From contig CAWBGE010000013.1 of the NCBI GenBank assembly GCA_963788185.1, forward strand, positions 27,350 to 91,349: DNA of 64,000 nucleotides, given 5' to 3'. Made by a program: the position numbers and the translations under genes. Positions 50,882 to 63,409 of the stretch are shown here, piece after piece. This DNA is from an uncultured beta proteobacterium (GTDB lineage: Bacteria; Pseudomonadota; Gammaproteobacteria; Burkholderiales; Casimicrobiaceae). Position 1 is the stretch's first letter; each line of letters begins with the position of its first letter. A model generated the notes under the pieces. The model was not told the DNA's origin. It searched no databases and was given only the letters and a program-made list of their open reading frames with translations.

Positions 50882-52093
50882 ATGAACAAAAGTGTCGTTG
50901 GCGTCTTCGTTGCGCTCAGTCTCGTCATCGCTGCCGGTGCTGGCTACTGGTTCGGGCAGAAGGCGCCGCCGACGCCGGGCGCATCCGCGACGACCGCTGC
51001 GCCGGTCGGCAAGGGCGCCGGTGGCCCTGGCGGCATGCCGGGAGGCGGCGCGGCGGTAGAGGCGGTCAAGGTTGCCAGCGCGCAGATCACGAAGTCGATC
51101 ACCGCAGTCGGCAGCCTGCGGTCCGACGAGTCGATCACCGTCCGCCCCGAGGTCGCGGGCCGAATCGCGGCGATCGGATTCCAGGAAGGCCAGCGGGTGC
51201 CCAAGGGTGCCACGCTGCTTCGCCTCGACCCGGCCATTACGCAGGCCGAAGTGCAGCAGGCGCAAGCGAACCTGACGCTGGCCAAGGCGAAATACGAGCG
51301 GGCGATCGAGTTGCAGGGCAAGGGTTTCATCTCCGGCCAAGCCAAGGACGAGGCCGAGAACAATCTCAAGGTCGCGGAAGCGGGGTTGGCGCTGACGCAG
51401 GCAAAACTCGCCAAGACCGAGGTGAAGGCGCCATTCACGGGTGTCATCGGCTTGCGCGTGGTATCGGTCGGTGATTACGTGAAGGAGGGTGCCGACATCG
51501 TCAACCTCGAATCGATCGACGCGCTCAAGGTGGATTTCCGCGTGCCCGAAATCTATCTCAAGCAGGTGACCGTCGGGCAGACGCTGGAAGTCAATCTCGA
51601 CGCCCTGCCCGGCAAGACCTATGAAGGCAAGGTCTACGCGATCAATCCGCTCGTCGACGCCGCGGGTCGTGCCATCGTGATCCGGGCGCAGGTCAGGAAC
51701 CAGGATACCGCGCTGCGGCCGGGCATGTTCGCGCGGGTCCGTCTGTTCACCAAGCTGCCGACCGAGGCGCTGGTGTTGCCGGAACAGGCTATGGTTCCGC
51801 AGGGCGACGAGCAGTTCGTCTTCCGGGTGATCGACGGCAAGGCAGTGCGCACGAGAATCGAGGTGGGGCAACGCCGCGACGGCCAGGTCGAGATCGTCAG
51901 CGGGCTTGCCGCGGGCGATGTCGTGGTGAGCGCGGGCCAGCTCAAATTGCGCGACGGGATGCCGGTAGCCATCGCGGCGTCCGGCAACGGCGGATCGAAA
52001 CCCGGAAGCGCGGCGCCGGCAGCCAAGGGCGACAACCTCGCGGCGCCCGCCAAGACGGATGCTCCGGCGCGCGGAACCGCGCCCCGGACCTGA
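50882..52093 (+). CDS. Efflux RND periplasmic adaptor subunit
   Basis: There is an N-terminal TM anchor. HlyD-type segments are present (VRPEVAGRIAAIGFQEGQRVPKGATLLRLD, VKAPFTGVIGLR). Confidence 0.88.
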   Translation: MNKSVVGVFVALSLVIAAGAGYWFGQKAPPTPGASATTAAPVGKGAGGPGGMPGGGAAVEAVKVASAQITKSITAVGSLRSDESITVRPEVAGRIAAIGFQEGQRVPKGATLLRLDPAITQAEVQQAQANLTLAKAKYERAIELQGKGFISGQAKDEAENNLKVAEAGLALTQAKLAKTEVKAPFTGVIGLRVVSVGDYVKEGADIVNLESIDALKVDFRVPEIYLKQVTVGQTLEVNLDALPGKTYEGKVYAINPLVDAAGRAIVIRAQVRNQDTALRPGMFARVRLFTKLPTEALVLPEQAMVPQGDEQFVFRVIDGKAVRTRIEVGQRRDGQVEIVSGLAAGDVVVSAGQLKLRDGMPVAIAASGNGGSKPGSAAPAAKGDNLAAPAKTDAPARGTAPRT

Positions 52094-52108
52094 CGTCCAA
52101 GGAACACC

Positions 52109-55100
52109 ATGCAACTGCCGGAAATCTGCATCAAGCGCCCGGTCCTTGCGACGGTGCTCTCGTTCGTCATCCTGCTCATCGGGATGATCTCGTACACGCG
52201 GCTGTCGGTGCGCGAGTACCCGCGCATCGACGAGCCCATCGTCAGTGTCGCGGTGACTTATCGCGGCGCGTCGGCCGAGGTTGTCGAGTCGCAGGTCACC
52301 AAGCCGCTGGAGGACTCGCTCGCGGGCATCGAGGGCGTCGAGCTGATGACCTCGCAGAGCCGTTCCGAGACGTCGCGCATCAACGTCCGTTTCACGCTCA
52401 AGCGTGATCCCGATTCGGCGGCCGCCGACGTCCGCGACAAGGTGGCGCGGGCACGCGGCAAGCTGCCGGACACGATCGACGAGCCCATCATCGCCAAGGT
52501 CGAGGCGGACTCGCAGCCCGTCATCTACATCGCTGTCGAGGCGGGCTCGCTGTCGTCGCTCGAGGCGTCCGACTACGTCAAGCGCTACATCCAGCCGCGC
52601 CTTTCGGTGCTGCCGGGCGCGGCGGACGTGCGCATCTTCGGCGAGCGGCAGATCTCGATGCGCGTCAATCTGGACCGGTCGCGTCTGGCCGGATACAAGC
52701 TGACGGTGCAGGACGTCGAGGACGCCATCCGTCGCCAGAACGCCGAAATTCCCGCCGGCCGGATCGAATCGCAATCGCGCGAGTTCACCGTCGTTGCCGA
52801 GACCGACCTGCGCTCGGCCGAGCAGTTCAACAGCATCATCATCGCCAACGTCGGCGGTTACCCGGTGCGGCTGCGCGACGTGGGTTCCGCAGCGATCGGC
52901 GCGATCAACGAACGCACGATCTCGCGCTTCAACGGCAAGCCGTCGCTGAACATCGGCGTGATCAAGCAGGCCGTCGCCAACCCGCTCGACCTGTCGACGG
53001 CGGTGCGTGCGGAAGTCGAGAAGATCAACCCCGGCCTGCCCACCGGCATGAGGCTGGTCGTGGCCTACGACACCTCGGTGTTCATCGACCGCTCGATCAA
53101 ATCGGTGTTCGAGACGATTGTCGAGGCCATCGTCCTGGTCGTGCTGGTGATCTTCTTCTTCCTCCGCAGCCTGCGGGCGACGCTGATTCCGATCGTGACG
53201 ATTCCCGTCGCGCTCGTCGGCGCGTTCGGGTTGATGTACCTGTTCAATTTCACCATCAATACGCTGACGCTGCTGGCGATGGTGCTGGCGATAGGCCTCG
53301 TCGTGGACGACGCGATCGTCATGCTGGAGAACATCTTCCGCCACATCGAGGAAGGTATCCCGCGCCGGCAGGCGGCAATCCAGGGAGCGAAGGAAATCGG
53401 TTTCGCGATCGTCGCGATGACGCTGACGCTGGCGTCGGTATTTGCTCCGCTGGCCTTTGCCACCGGGCGCACGGGCCGGTTGTTCATCGAGTTCGCGTTG
53501 ACGCTTGCCGGCGCGGTGATGGTGTCCGGATTCGTCGCGCTGACGCTGACGCCGATGATGTGCTCGCTGCTGCTGCGTCATCAGGAGCGGCACTCGTGGG
53601 TCTACAATTTCATCGAGCGGGGCCTCGACGCGGTGACGCAAGGCTATCGGCGGCTGTTGACGGCGGCGTTGCATGCGCGCTGGCTGGTGTTCATCCTCTG
53701 GCTGGGAGTGGGCATTCTGGGCGCCGTGTTCTTCTCGCTGCTCAAGGCCGAGTTGGCGCCGATCGAGGATCGCGGTGTCGTTTTCGGCACCGTCACGGCA
53801 CCGCAGGGTTCGACGCCGCAGTACACCGCCGACCAGATCCGGCCGGTCGAGGAATTCTATTCGCAGATTCCGGAGGCGATGGCCTACACCGCCATCTCCG
53901 GCTTCCCGACGGTCGTCGACGGCAATGCGGTGTTGCGGCTAAAGCCCTGGGAGGAGCGCACGCGCAAGCAGCAGCAGATCGCCGATTCGCTGCGGCCCAA
54001 GTTCGCGTCGATCCCGGGGGCGATCGCATTTCCAATCAACCCGCCGTCGCTGGGACAGTCGTTCCGCTCTACGCCGATCGAGTACGTGGTGATGTCGCAG
54101 GTGCCCTATCTCGAGCTGCAGCGGATCGTCGACCGTTTCCTCGACGAGGCGCGCAAGTATCCCGGTGTGGCCAACCTGCAGACCGACCTGCGGCTGAACA
54201 CGCCGGAAGTGCGCGTGACCATCAACCGCGACAAGCTCTCCGACATCGGCGTGCCCGTCGACACGGTGGGCCGCACGCTCGAGACGATGCTCGGGGGCCG
54301 CCAGGTGACGCGTTTCAAGCGCGACGGTGAGCAGTACGACGTCATCGTCCAGGTGGCGCCGGTGGATCGTTCGACGCCCGCCGACATCAGCGACACCTAC
54401 GTTCGCGCCCGCGACGGCGGGATGGTGCAGCTGTCCAACCTGGTCGACATCCGCGAAGGCGTGGCGCCACAGTCGCTCAACCACTTCAACCGGCTGCGCG
54501 CGGTCAAGGTCACGGCGACGCTGGCGCCCGGCTACGCGATCGGCGAAGCCCTCGCCGCCATGGACGAGGCCGCGAAGCGCGCGCTTCCCAACACTGCGCA
54601 AACCGATCTCGACGGGCAGTCGCGCGAATTCCGTTCGTCGGGGGGCGAGATCTACTTCACGTTCGTGCTGGCGTTGTTCTTCATCTATCTGGTGCTGGCG
54701 GCGCAGTTCGAGAGCTTCGTCAATCCGTTCGTGATCATGCTGAGCGTCCCGCTGTCGATGACCGGCGCGCTGCTCACGCTGTGGCTCACCGGCGGCACGC
54801 TCAACATCTACAGTCAGGTGGGGCTGGTGACGCTGGTCGGGCTCATCACCAAGCACGGGATCCTGATCGTCGAGTTCAGCAACCAGTTGCGCGCCAAGGG
54901 CCAGGCGATGATCCCGGCGGTCATCGATGCCGCCACGCTGCGGCTGCGACCGATCCTGATGACCACCGGCGCGATGGTGCTGGGCGCGGTGCCGCTGGCG
55001 CTGGCGACCGGTGCCGGCGCGGAATCACGGACGCAGATCGGCTGGGTGATCGTCGGCGGGATGACGTTCGGGACGTTCCTGACGCTCTTCGTCGTGCCGA

Positions 55101-55195
55101 CCGCCTACACGCTGTTGGCCGGGAAGCATCCGGCCGCAGATGAGGTGCCGGCACCTGCGCTCGGCGCCGTGCCGCGGCCTGGTGAGGCGGACTGA
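52109..55195 (+). CDS. Multidrug-type RND efflux permease (HAE1-like), 1028 aa
   Basis: MQLPEICIKRPVLATVLSFVILLIGMISY, AIGLVVDDAIVMLENI and VGLITKHGILIVEF are present. Confidence 0.92.
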   Translation: MQLPEICIKRPVLATVLSFVILLIGMISYTRLSVREYPRIDEPIVSVAVTYRGASAEVVESQVTKPLEDSLAGIEGVELMTSQSRSETSRINVRFTLKRDPDSAAADVRDKVARARGKLPDTIDEPIIAKVEADSQPVIYIAVEAGSLSSLEASDYVKRYIQPRLSVLPGAADVRIFGERQISMRVNLDRSRLAGYKLTVQDVEDAIRRQNAEIPAGRIESQSREFTVVAETDLRSAEQFNSIIIANVGGYPVRLRDVGSAAIGAINERTISRFNGKPSLNIGVIKQAVANPLDLSTAVRAEVEKINPGLPTGMRLVVAYDTSVFIDRSIKSVFETIVEAIVLVVLVIFFFLRSLRATLIPIVTIPVALVGAFGLMYLFNFTINTLTLLAMVLAIGLVVDDAIVMLENIFRHIEEGIPRRQAAIQGAKEIGFAIVAMTLTLASVFAPLAFATGRTGRLFIEFALTLAGAVMVSGFVALTLTPMMCSLLLRHQERHSWVYNFIERGLDAVTQGYRRLLTAALHARWLVFILWLGVGILGAVFFSLLKAELAPIEDRGVVFGTVTAPQGSTPQYTADQIRPVEEFYSQIPEAMAYTAISGFPTVVDGNAVLRLKPWEERTRKQQQIADSLRPKFASIPGAIAFPINPPSLGQSFRSTPIEYVVMSQVPYLELQRIVDRFLDEARKYPGVANLQTDLRLNTPEVRVTINRDKLSDIGVPVDTVGRTLETMLGGRQVTRFKRDGEQYDVIVQVAPVDRSTPADISDTYVRARDGGMVQLSNLVDIREGVAPQSLNHFNRLRAVKVTATLAPGYAIGEALAAMDEAAKRALPNTAQTDLDGQSREFRSSGGEIYFTFVLALFFIYLVLAAQFESFVNPFVIMLSVPLSMTGALLTLWLTGGTLNIYSQVGLVTLVGLITKHGILIVEFSNQLRAKGQAMIPAVIDAATLRLRPILMTTGAMVLGAVPLALATGAGAESRTQIGWVIVGGMTFGTFLTLFVVPTAYTLLAGKHPAADEVPAPALGAVPRPGEAD

Positions 55196-55231
55196 AACTC
55201 CGGCGATACCTTCGCCGCCGGCACGACACCT

Positions 55232-56230
55232 TCAGACTTCTATTCGCGCGCCGGTGTCCTTGTCGAAATAGTGGCGGTGCGCGTCGTCGAAGCGCAACGG
55301 CAGCTTGCCCTCGGTGACGTGCACGGTGGCGGGCAGGCGGGCGATCATCATCGTGCCTTCGATCTTGCCGTGCGCCAGCGTGTCGGCGCCCAGCGGCTCG
55401 ACCAGCGCGATGTCGGCGGTGAAGTTCGCCTCGGCCGGTGCGCAGGGCATCAGGTGCTCGGGCCGCACGCCCAGCAGGACGTCGCGGGTGCCGAGCTTGG
55501 CCGGCAGCAGGTTCATCGGCGGCGAGCCGATGAAGCCGGCGACAAAAGTCGTCGCCGGTTTTTCGTAGACCTCGATTGGCGCTCCGATCTGCTCGGCGCG
55601 GCCGGCGTTCATCACGATCATCCGGTGCGCCAGCGTCATTGCCTCGACCTGGTCGTGGGTGACGTAGAGGCTGGTCGTGCCCAATCGGCGGTGCAGCGCC
55701 TGCAGTTCGACCCGCATCTGCACGCGCAGCTTCGCGTCGAGGTTCGACAACGGCTCGTCGAACAGGAACACCGCGGGCTCGCGCACGATCGCGCGGCCCA
55801 TCGCCACGCGCTGCCGCTGGCCGCCGGAGAGCTCGCGCGGCTTGCGGTCGAGGTAGGTGCCGAGCTCGAGGATCTCGGCGGCGCGCTGCACGCGCTTCTC
55901 GATGTCGGCGGTGGACATCTTGCGGATCTTGAGGCCGTAGGCCATGTTCTGCCGCACCGACATGTGCGGGTACAGCGCGTAGTTCTGGAACACCATCGCG
56001 ATGTCGCGGTCCATCGGCTCGATGTCGTTGACGACGCGGCTGCCGATCGAGATCTCGCCCGAGCTGATGCGCTCGAGCCCGGCGACCATCCGCAGCAGCG
56101 TCGACTTGCCGCAACCCGACGGGCCGACGATCACTACGAACTCGCCGTCGTCGACGTCCATGGTCACGCCATGGATCACCTTGACCGCGCCGAAGTTCTT
56201 CTTGACATCGCGAAAGGACACGCCAGCCAT
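55232..56230 (-). CDS. ugpC: sn-Glycerol-3-phosphate ABC transporter ATP-binding protein
   Basis: Walker [10 protein letters not shown], signature [14 protein letters not shown], and Walker [12 protein letters not shown]. The gene is last in a ugpBAEC-order cluster. Confidence 0.9.
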   Translation of the reverse strand: MAGVSFRDVKKNFGAVKVIHGVTMDVDDGEFVVIVGPSGCGKSTLLRMVAGLERISSGEISIGSRVVNDIEPMDRDIAMVFQNYALYPHMSVRQNMAYGLKIRKMSTADIEKRVQRAAEILELGTYLDRKPRELSGGQRQRVAMGRAIVREPAVFLFDEPLSNLDAKLRVQMRVELQALHRRLGTTSLYVTHDQVEAMTLAHRMIVMNAGRAEQIGAPIEVYEKPATTFVAGFIGSPPMNLLPAKLGTRDVLLGVRPEHLMPCAPAEANFTADIALVEPLGADTLAHGKIEGTMMIARLPATVHVTEGKLPLRFDDAHRHYFDKDTGARIEV

Positions 56231-56234
56231 TGTT

Positions 56235-57083
56235 CTATTTCTCCGTTTCGACGAGACCCTTGACGAACCACTTCTGCATCAGCATGACGACCATCGCCGG
56301 CGGAAGCAGCGCGAGCATCGCGGTGGCCATCACAAGGTGCCATTCGGTGAGCGCATCGCCGCCGGTGATCATCCGCTTGATGCCGATGACAGTCGTGTAC
56401 ATCGACTCGTCGGTGGTGATGAGCAGCGGCCACAGGTACTGGTTCCAGCCGTAGATGAACTGGATGACGAACAGCGCGGCCATGCTGGTCTTGGACAGCG
56501 GCAGCAGGATGTCGACAAAGAATCGCATCGGCCCGGCGCCGTCGATGCGTGCGGCTTCGGCGAGTTCGTCGGGGATGGTCATGAAGAACTGGCGGAACAG
56601 GAAGGTCGCCGTGGCCGACGCGATCAGCGGCAACGTGAGCCCGGCGTAGGAGTTGAGGATGCCGAGGTCCGCTGCCACCTTGAACGTCGGGATGATCCGC
56701 ACTTCCACCGGCAGCATCAGGGTGACGAAGATCATCCAGAAGATGAAATTGCGCAGCGGGAATTTGAAATAGACGATCGCGAAGGCGGAGATGATCGAGA
56801 TCGAGATCTTGCCCAGCGGAATCACCAGCGCCACCACCAGGCTGTTCAGCATCATCCGGCCCACGGGCGCCGCCGCGCCGCGCTGCGATCCGGCGGTCAG
56901 CACCTGCGTGTAGTTGTTCCAAAACTGGTCGCCCGGGACGAGCGGCATCGGCACCGACAGGATCTGCTCCAGCGTCAGTGTTGACGCGACGAACGTGATG
57001 TAAAGCGGGAAGGCGACCAGCAGCACGCCGACGACAAGGATCGCGTGCGAAAAGAACGTCAGCCAGGGCCGGTTCTCGACCAT
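56235..57083 (-). CDS. ugpE: sn-Glycerol-3-phosphate ABC transporter permease
   Basis: The [19 protein letters not shown] start matches the E. coli UgpE N-terminus (MIENRPWL...) as I remember it. An upstream in-frame ATG at 57110 is an alternative start. Confidence 0.88.
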   Translation of the reverse strand: MVENRPWLTFFSHAILVVGVLLVAFPLYITFVASTLTLEQILSVPMPLVPGDQFWNNYTQVLTAGSQRGAAAPVGRMMLNSLVVALVIPLGKISISIISAFAIVYFKFPLRNFIFWMIFVTLMLPVEVRIIPTFKVAADLGILNSYAGLTLPLIASATATFLFRQFFMTIPDELAEAARIDGAGPMRFFVDILLPLSKTSMAALFVIQFIYGWNQYLWPLLITTDESMYTTVIGIKRMITGGDALTEWHLVMATAMLALLPPAMVVMLMQKWFVKGLVETEK

Positions 57084-57109
57084 CCCGGGCGGCGGGGACG
57101 AGAAGTTCA

Positions 57110-57997
57110 TCAGTAGTGCACCTTGCGCTCGATGAAGCGGAACTGGACGACGGTGAGTGCGATGACGATGATCATCAGGATCACCGACTGCGCCGACGAG
57201 CCGCCGAGGTCGGCCGACTTCACGCCGTCGTGGTAGACCTTGTAGACGAGGATGTTGGTCGCACCTGCCGGGCCGCCCTGCGTCGTCGCATCGATGACGC
57301 CGAAGGTGTCGAAGAACGCATAGACGATGTTGATGACCAGCAGGAAGAACGTCGTCGGCGTCAGCAGCGGGAACACGACGGTCCAGAAGCGCCGGATCGG
57401 TCCGGCGCCATCGATCGCCGCGGCCTCGATCATCGACTTCGGCACCGACTGCAGTCCGGCGAGAAAGAACAGGAAGTTGTAGCTGATCTGCTTCCAGATC
57501 GATGCGACGACCACCAGGATCATCGCCTGGTCGCCGCGCAGCACCCAGTTCCACTGGATGCCGATCTGCTTCAGCGCGAAGGTGATGATGCCGACCGACG
57601 GTGCGAACAGGAAAGCGAAGATCACGCCGGCGACCGCGGACGCGACCGCATACGGCCAGATCAGGAACGTCTTGTAACCCATGGCGCCGTGGATCACCCG
57701 GTTGGCCATCGTCGCCAGCAGCAGCGAGATCGAGATGCCGATGGTCGACACCAGGATGCTGAACGTCGCGGTGATCTGGAACGACTCCAGGTACCGAGGA
57801 TCGTGGAACAGCTCGACAAAGTTGCGCAGGCCGACGAATTCGGTCTGCAGCCCGAACGCGTCCTGCAACTGGAACGAGTACCAGGCCGCCTGGAACGCCG
57901 GCCAGAAAAAGAAGATGACGGTGATCGCGATCTGCGGGGCGACCAGCAGATAGGGCAGCCACGCCGAACGGAAGACGACCCGTTTTTCCGTTGCCAT
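57110..57997 (-). CDS. ugpA: sn-Glycerol-3-phosphate ABC transporter permease
   Basis: 295 aa with 6 TM segments and an EAA-type loop ([15 protein letters not shown]). Confidence 0.9.
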   Translation of the reverse strand: MATEKRVVFRSAWLPYLLVAPQIAITVIFFFWPAFQAAWYSFQLQDAFGLQTEFVGLRNFVELFHDPRYLESFQITATFSILVSTIGISISLLLATMANRVIHGAMGYKTFLIWPYAVASAVAGVIFAFLFAPSVGIITFALKQIGIQWNWVLRGDQAMILVVVASIWKQISYNFLFFLAGLQSVPKSMIEAAAIDGAGPIRRFWTVVFPLLTPTTFFLLVINIVYAFFDTFGVIDATTQGGPAGATNILVYKVYHDGVKSADLGGSSAQSVILMIIVIALTVVQFRFIERKVHY

Positions 57998-58066
57998 GGG
58001 GGCGTTGGGGTGGAGAGGGGCAAAGAAAGGGAGGCGGAAGCTGTATGCTCCCGCCCCCCCGGGTGG

Positions 58067-59380
58067 TTACTTGTTGGCCGCCTCGAACTTGCGCAGGATT
58101 TCGTTGCCGCGCTTGACCGCCTGGTCGAGCGCCGTCTTGGCGTCCTTCTTGCCGGCGAAGACCGATTCCATCTCTTCCTCGATCACTTCGCGACCCTGGA
58201 CGAAGTTGCCGAAACGCAGGCCCTTGGAGTTAGCAGTCGGCGCCTTGTTGTTGAGCTGCCGGATCGCCATGTCGGTACCGGGATTCTTGTCGTAGAAGCC
58301 GGCCTTCTTGGTGGCCTCGAAAGCCGCGTAGGTGATCGGCACGTAGCCGGTTCCCTGGTGCCACGCGGTTTGGACGGGCGTCGTCGAGACGTACGACAGG
58401 AACTTGGTCACGCCCTTGTATTCTGCCGGCTTCTTGCCGCTCATCACCCAGAGCGTGGCGCCGCCGATGATCGAATTCTGCGGGGCGCCCTCGATGGTGT
58501 GGTTGTAGGGCAGGAAGTTGACCGAGAAGTCGAACTTGGCGTTCTTGCGGATGTTGCCCTGCGCCGCGGAGCTCGACGTCAGCATCGCGCACTCGCCGCT
58601 GAAAAATCGCGCTTCGCCCTGGTTGGTGCGGCCGGAATAGGTGAACCAGCCCTTCTTGGCGTAATCGGCGAGCATGTTGATGTGCGCGACGTGGTGGGGC
58701 GAGTTGATCTTGAACTCGGTGTCGAGGCCATCGAAGCCGTTCGACTTGGTGGCGATCGGCAGGTTGTGCCAGGCGCTGAAGTTCTCGATGTGGACCCACG
58801 ATGGCCAGCCGGTCGTGTACACGCACTCCTGGCCGGATGCCTTGAGCTTCGCCGCCGCGACCGCGAACTCGGCCCAGGTCTTGGGCGCCTTTTCGGGATC
58901 GATCCCCGCTTTTTTGAACGCGTCCTTGTTGATGTAAAACATGGGCGTCGAACTGTTGAACGGCATCGACAGCATGTTGCCCTTGCTGTCCGTGTAGTAG
59001 CCGGCGACCGCCGAAAGGTAGTTCTTCGGGTCGAAGGGCTCGTTGGCTTCCTTCATCATCTGGTAGACGGGCTTGATTGCGCCCTTGGCCGACATCATCG
59101 TCGCCGTGCCGACTTCGAACACCTGCAGGATGTGCGGCGCGTTGCCGGCGCGGAATGCGGCGATCGCCGCCGTCATCGACTCGGGGTAGGTGCCCTTGAA
59201 GATCGGCACGACCTTGTAGTCCTTCTGGCTCGCATTGAAGCCGTTGGCGATGTCGTTGACGCGGTCGCCCAGCGCGCCGGTCATCGAGTGCCACCACTGG
59301 ATTTCGGTTTGCGCCTGAGCGGCGGACGCGCCGAGCATGCCAATGGCGAACGCCGTGGCAGTAAGTGCTTGGAAACGCAT
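58067..59380 (-). CDS. ugpB: sn-Glycerol-3-phosphate-binding periplasmic protein
   Basis: Signal peptide [24 protein letters not shown], then [11 protein letters not shown]. Length is 437 aa, similar to E. coli UgpB. Confidence 0.9.
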   Translation of the reverse strand: MRFQALTATAFAIGMLGASAAQAQTEIQWWHSMTGALGDRVNDIANGFNASQKDYKVVPIFKGTYPESMTAAIAAFRAGNAPHILQVFEVGTATMMSAKGAIKPVYQMMKEANEPFDPKNYLSAVAGYYTDSKGNMLSMPFNSSTPMFYINKDAFKKAGIDPEKAPKTWAEFAVAAAKLKASGQECVYTTGWPSWVHIENFSAWHNLPIATKSNGFDGLDTEFKINSPHHVAHINMLADYAKKGWFTYSGRTNQGEARFFSGECAMLTSSSAAQGNIRKNAKFDFSVNFLPYNHTIEGAPQNSIIGGATLWVMSGKKPAEYKGVTKFLSYVSTTPVQTAWHQGTGYVPITYAAFEATKKAGFYDKNPGTDMAIRQLNNKAPTANSKGLRFGNFVQGREVIEEEMESVFAGKKDAKTALDQAVKRGNEILRKFEAANK

Positions 59381-59603
59381 GGTATTCTCCTGAAGTGATG
59401 GCGGCTTGATGACATTTCCGACGATGGCGTCGGGCCGACTGTGCCGTCGGTAGGTGACTGCAAGTATAGCCTGAAGCAAAGCAGGTCCGTAGTGTCGATC
59501 GGGGCCTAACATATACGGTTGTTTGATCGAGGTCACAGAATTGTGCCTCCGGTTCGCCACCGAACCGTCGCGCACGCCACCCCAACCCACTCGTCGACCC
59601 ACC

Positions 59604-60386
59604 ATGACTGCGAATCTCGCCCGTGACTGGCCCTATCCCCGCCTCGTTGCCCATCGCGGCGCCGGAAAACTCGCGCCCGAGAACACGCTGGCCTCGATGC
59701 GCCTGGGCCACGCCCATGGCTACCGGATGGTCGAGTTCGACGTCAAGCTCGCCGCCGACGGCGTGACGTTTCTGCTTCATGACGCGACGCTGGATCGAAC
59801 GACCAGCGGCCGGGGCCGTGCCGACGCATCCACCTGGAGCGAACTGTCGCGCCTCGATGCCGGCGGCTGGCACTCGGCGCAGTATGCCGGAGAGCCCGTG
59901 CCGACGCTGGCGGCGATCGCGCGCTTTGCACGCACGCATGGCGTTGCCTGCAACATCGAGATCAAGCCCACGCCGGGACGCGAGCGGGAGACCGGCGCCG
60001 CGGTGGCGATCGATGCGCTGACGCTGTGGCGCGACGCCGAGATTCCGCCGCTGCTGTCGTCGTTTTCGGAAGTCGCGCTGGGCGCGGCCGCCGAAGTGGC
60101 GCCTGCGCTCCCGCGCGCGCTGCTGCTGGACAAGCTGCCGGGCGACTGGCTCTCGCGTCTCGAACGCCTGGATTGCGTCGCGCTGGACGCCAACCACAAG
60201 GCGCTGTCCGCGGAGGTCGTGCGTGCCGCGCACGACGCCGGTCGCCGCGTGCTCTGCTACACGCCCAACAATCCCGATCGCGTGCAGGAACTTGCCCACT
60301 GGGGCGTCGACGGCATCATCACCGATGCGGTCGACATCATCGCGCCGGATAGCCTGCCGCCGGCGCCGCCATTGGATTCCCGCTGA
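59604..60386 (+). CDS. ugpQ: Glycerophosphodiester phosphodiesterase
   Basis: The GDPD motifs VAHRGAGKLAPENTL and VEFDVKL are present. The gene is divergent from ugpB. Confidence 0.85.
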   Translation: MTANLARDWPYPRLVAHRGAGKLAPENTLASMRLGHAHGYRMVEFDVKLAADGVTFLLHDATLDRTTSGRGRADASTWSELSRLDAGGWHSAQYAGEPVPTLAAIARFARTHGVACNIEIKPTPGRERETGAAVAIDALTLWRDAEIPPLLSSFSEVALGAAAEVAPALPRALLLDKLPGDWLSRLERLDCVALDANHKALSAEVVRAAHDAGRRVLCYTPNNPDRVQELAHWGVDGIITDAVDIIAPDSLPPAPPLDSR

Positions 60387-60407
60387 ATCGCCGCTGCGCG
60401 CTATGGG

Positions 60408-61631
60408 CTACGCGTGCCGTGTGGCTACCGGGCGCACGATCTCGCGTTCGTCGATCGGCAGGTTGATGAGGCCGGCGACGATCCCCAGCGCGATCGACAG
60501 CCACCAGACGACATCGTAGCTGCCGGTCGTGTCGTACAGGCGTCCGCCCAGCCACGCGCCGAGGAAGCTCCCGATCTGGTGGCTGAAGAACGTCACGCCG
60601 GACAGCATGGCGAGATAGCGGACGCCGAACACGCCGGCGACGATGCCGTTGGTGGGCGGCACGGTGGACAGCCACAGCAGCCCCAGCGCCACCGCGAATG
60701 CGTACACGGTCAGCTGCGACAGCGGCAGCCAGACGAACAGCGCGATGACGACGGCCCGCGCGAAGTAGATGGTCGACAGGATGTGCCGCTTGGGCATGCG
60801 GCTGCCGAGCCATCCGGTGGTGTAGGTACCGACGATGTTGAAGAGGCCGATCAGCGCCAACGCGGTCACGGCGACGTGCGGTTGAAAGCCCTTGTCGGCA
60901 AGGTACGCCGGAAGGTGGACGCCGACGAACACCACCTGGAAGCCGCAGACGAAGAAGCCCACGGTGAGCAGCACGTAGCCGCGATGACCGAGCGCCTCGC
61001 GCATCGCGGCACCCGCCGATTGCTGGAATGCGTGCGCGGTTCCTTCGTGCTTCTCGACCAGGGCCGCGGCGAGCGGAACCATCAGCAGCCCGGCCGCTGC
61101 GAGTGCCAGCAGCGCGCCGTACCAACCGACGTGCGACAGCAGCCACTGCGTCGCCGGGAGCATCGCGAACTGCCCGAACGATCCCGCGGCCGCGGAAATC
61201 CCCAGCGCCATGCTGCGCTTCTCGGCCGGAAACTTCCGACCCAGCACACCCGCGACGACGCTGAACGTGACGCCGGACAGCCCGGCACCGATCAGCACGC
61301 CGCTGGTCAGCACCATGACCACCGGGGAGGTAGCGTGCGCCATCGACACCAGGCCCAGCACGTAGAGAACGGCGCCGATGACGACGATCCTGCCGGTGCC
61401 GTGCTTGTCGGCCAGCATACCGGTGAAAGGCTGGGTGGCACCCCAGACCAGGTTTTGCACCGCCATGGCCAGCGCGAAGGTCTCGCGGCCCCAGTGCAGA
61501 TCGGCACTCATCGGCTGCAGGAAGAGTCCGAAGCCGTGGCGGATGCCCATCGCCAGGGTGAGGATGAGCCCGCCGCAGACGAGGACGGCGGTGGGGGTTC
61601 GCCAGTCGACGGTCTTTCGGTGGGCGGTCAA
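60408..61631 (-). CDS. MFS transporter, substrate unknown
   Basis: 407 aa with 12 TM segments. The motif GMLADKHGTGR lies in the loop 2-3 position. Confidence 0.85.
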   Translation of the reverse strand: MTAHRKTVDWRTPTAVLVCGGLILTLAMGIRHGFGLFLQPMSADLHWGRETFALAMAVQNLVWGATQPFTGMLADKHGTGRIVVIGAVLYVLGLVSMAHATSPVVMVLTSGVLIGAGLSGVTFSVVAGVLGRKFPAEKRSMALGISAAAGSFGQFAMLPATQWLLSHVGWYGALLALAAAGLLMVPLAAALVEKHEGTAHAFQQSAGAAMREALGHRGYVLLTVGFFVCGFQVVFVGVHLPAYLADKGFQPHVAVTALALIGLFNIVGTYTTGWLGSRMPKRHILSTIYFARAVVIALFVWLPLSQLTVYAFAVALGLLWLSTVPPTNGIVAGVFGVRYLAMLSGVTFFSHQIGSFLGAWLGGRLYDTTGSYDVVWWLSIALGIVAGLINLPIDEREIVRPVATRHA

Positions 61632-61785
61632 GCAGCCTCCGTGGCGAGTCGGATTGCCTTCGCGCTCATGCCCGACGGCCTCCGCGCCGTTGGAGTTGAT
61701 CGTGATGGCGGTGTGGTCGGCCGTCCCTGGGCAATCGCCTTGCCGTCGATCCCCGCGCGTCGCGCGGGGCCCCTCGCCGGATGGC

Positions 61786-63264
<1,479 letters not shown>

Positions 63265-63409
63265 GGAAACGGGTTCCTCGGTGTCGGGGGGCGGCGCAGC
63301 GGCGGTTGCGGGCCCCGGCGGTCGCAGCATAAAATGGCGGCTTTCGTCCTATTGTAGCGACAACGGTCCGCGGGCCGTGGTCGTCGCTGCGACAATCCTT
63401 TCACCGCAC

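Noticed and set aside
50846-53674. A 942-aa minus-strand ORF
   Set aside because: It is antisense to the MFP and RND genes, which have clear family motifs. This is a typical high-GC shadow ORF.
57116-59398. A 760-aa plus-strand ORF
   Set aside because: It is antisense to ugpA and ugpB. The translation is Asp/Arg/Gly/Glu-rich with no recognisable features.
59381-59603. Possible Pho box upstream of ugpB (ATGTCAT-CAAG-CCGCCAT on the minus strand)
   Set aside because: Only one half-site resembles CTGTCAT. The match sits within about 40 nt of the start codon, too close to serve as a -35 replacement. It is not reported as a feature.
61751-61769. GC-rich palindrome CCCCGCGCG-T-CGCGCGGGG downstream of glpK as a terminator
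   Set aside because: There is no U-tract on either strand and the loop is too small. It could be a stabiliser hairpin or chance in 67-percent-GC-like DNA, and the evidence is insufficient.
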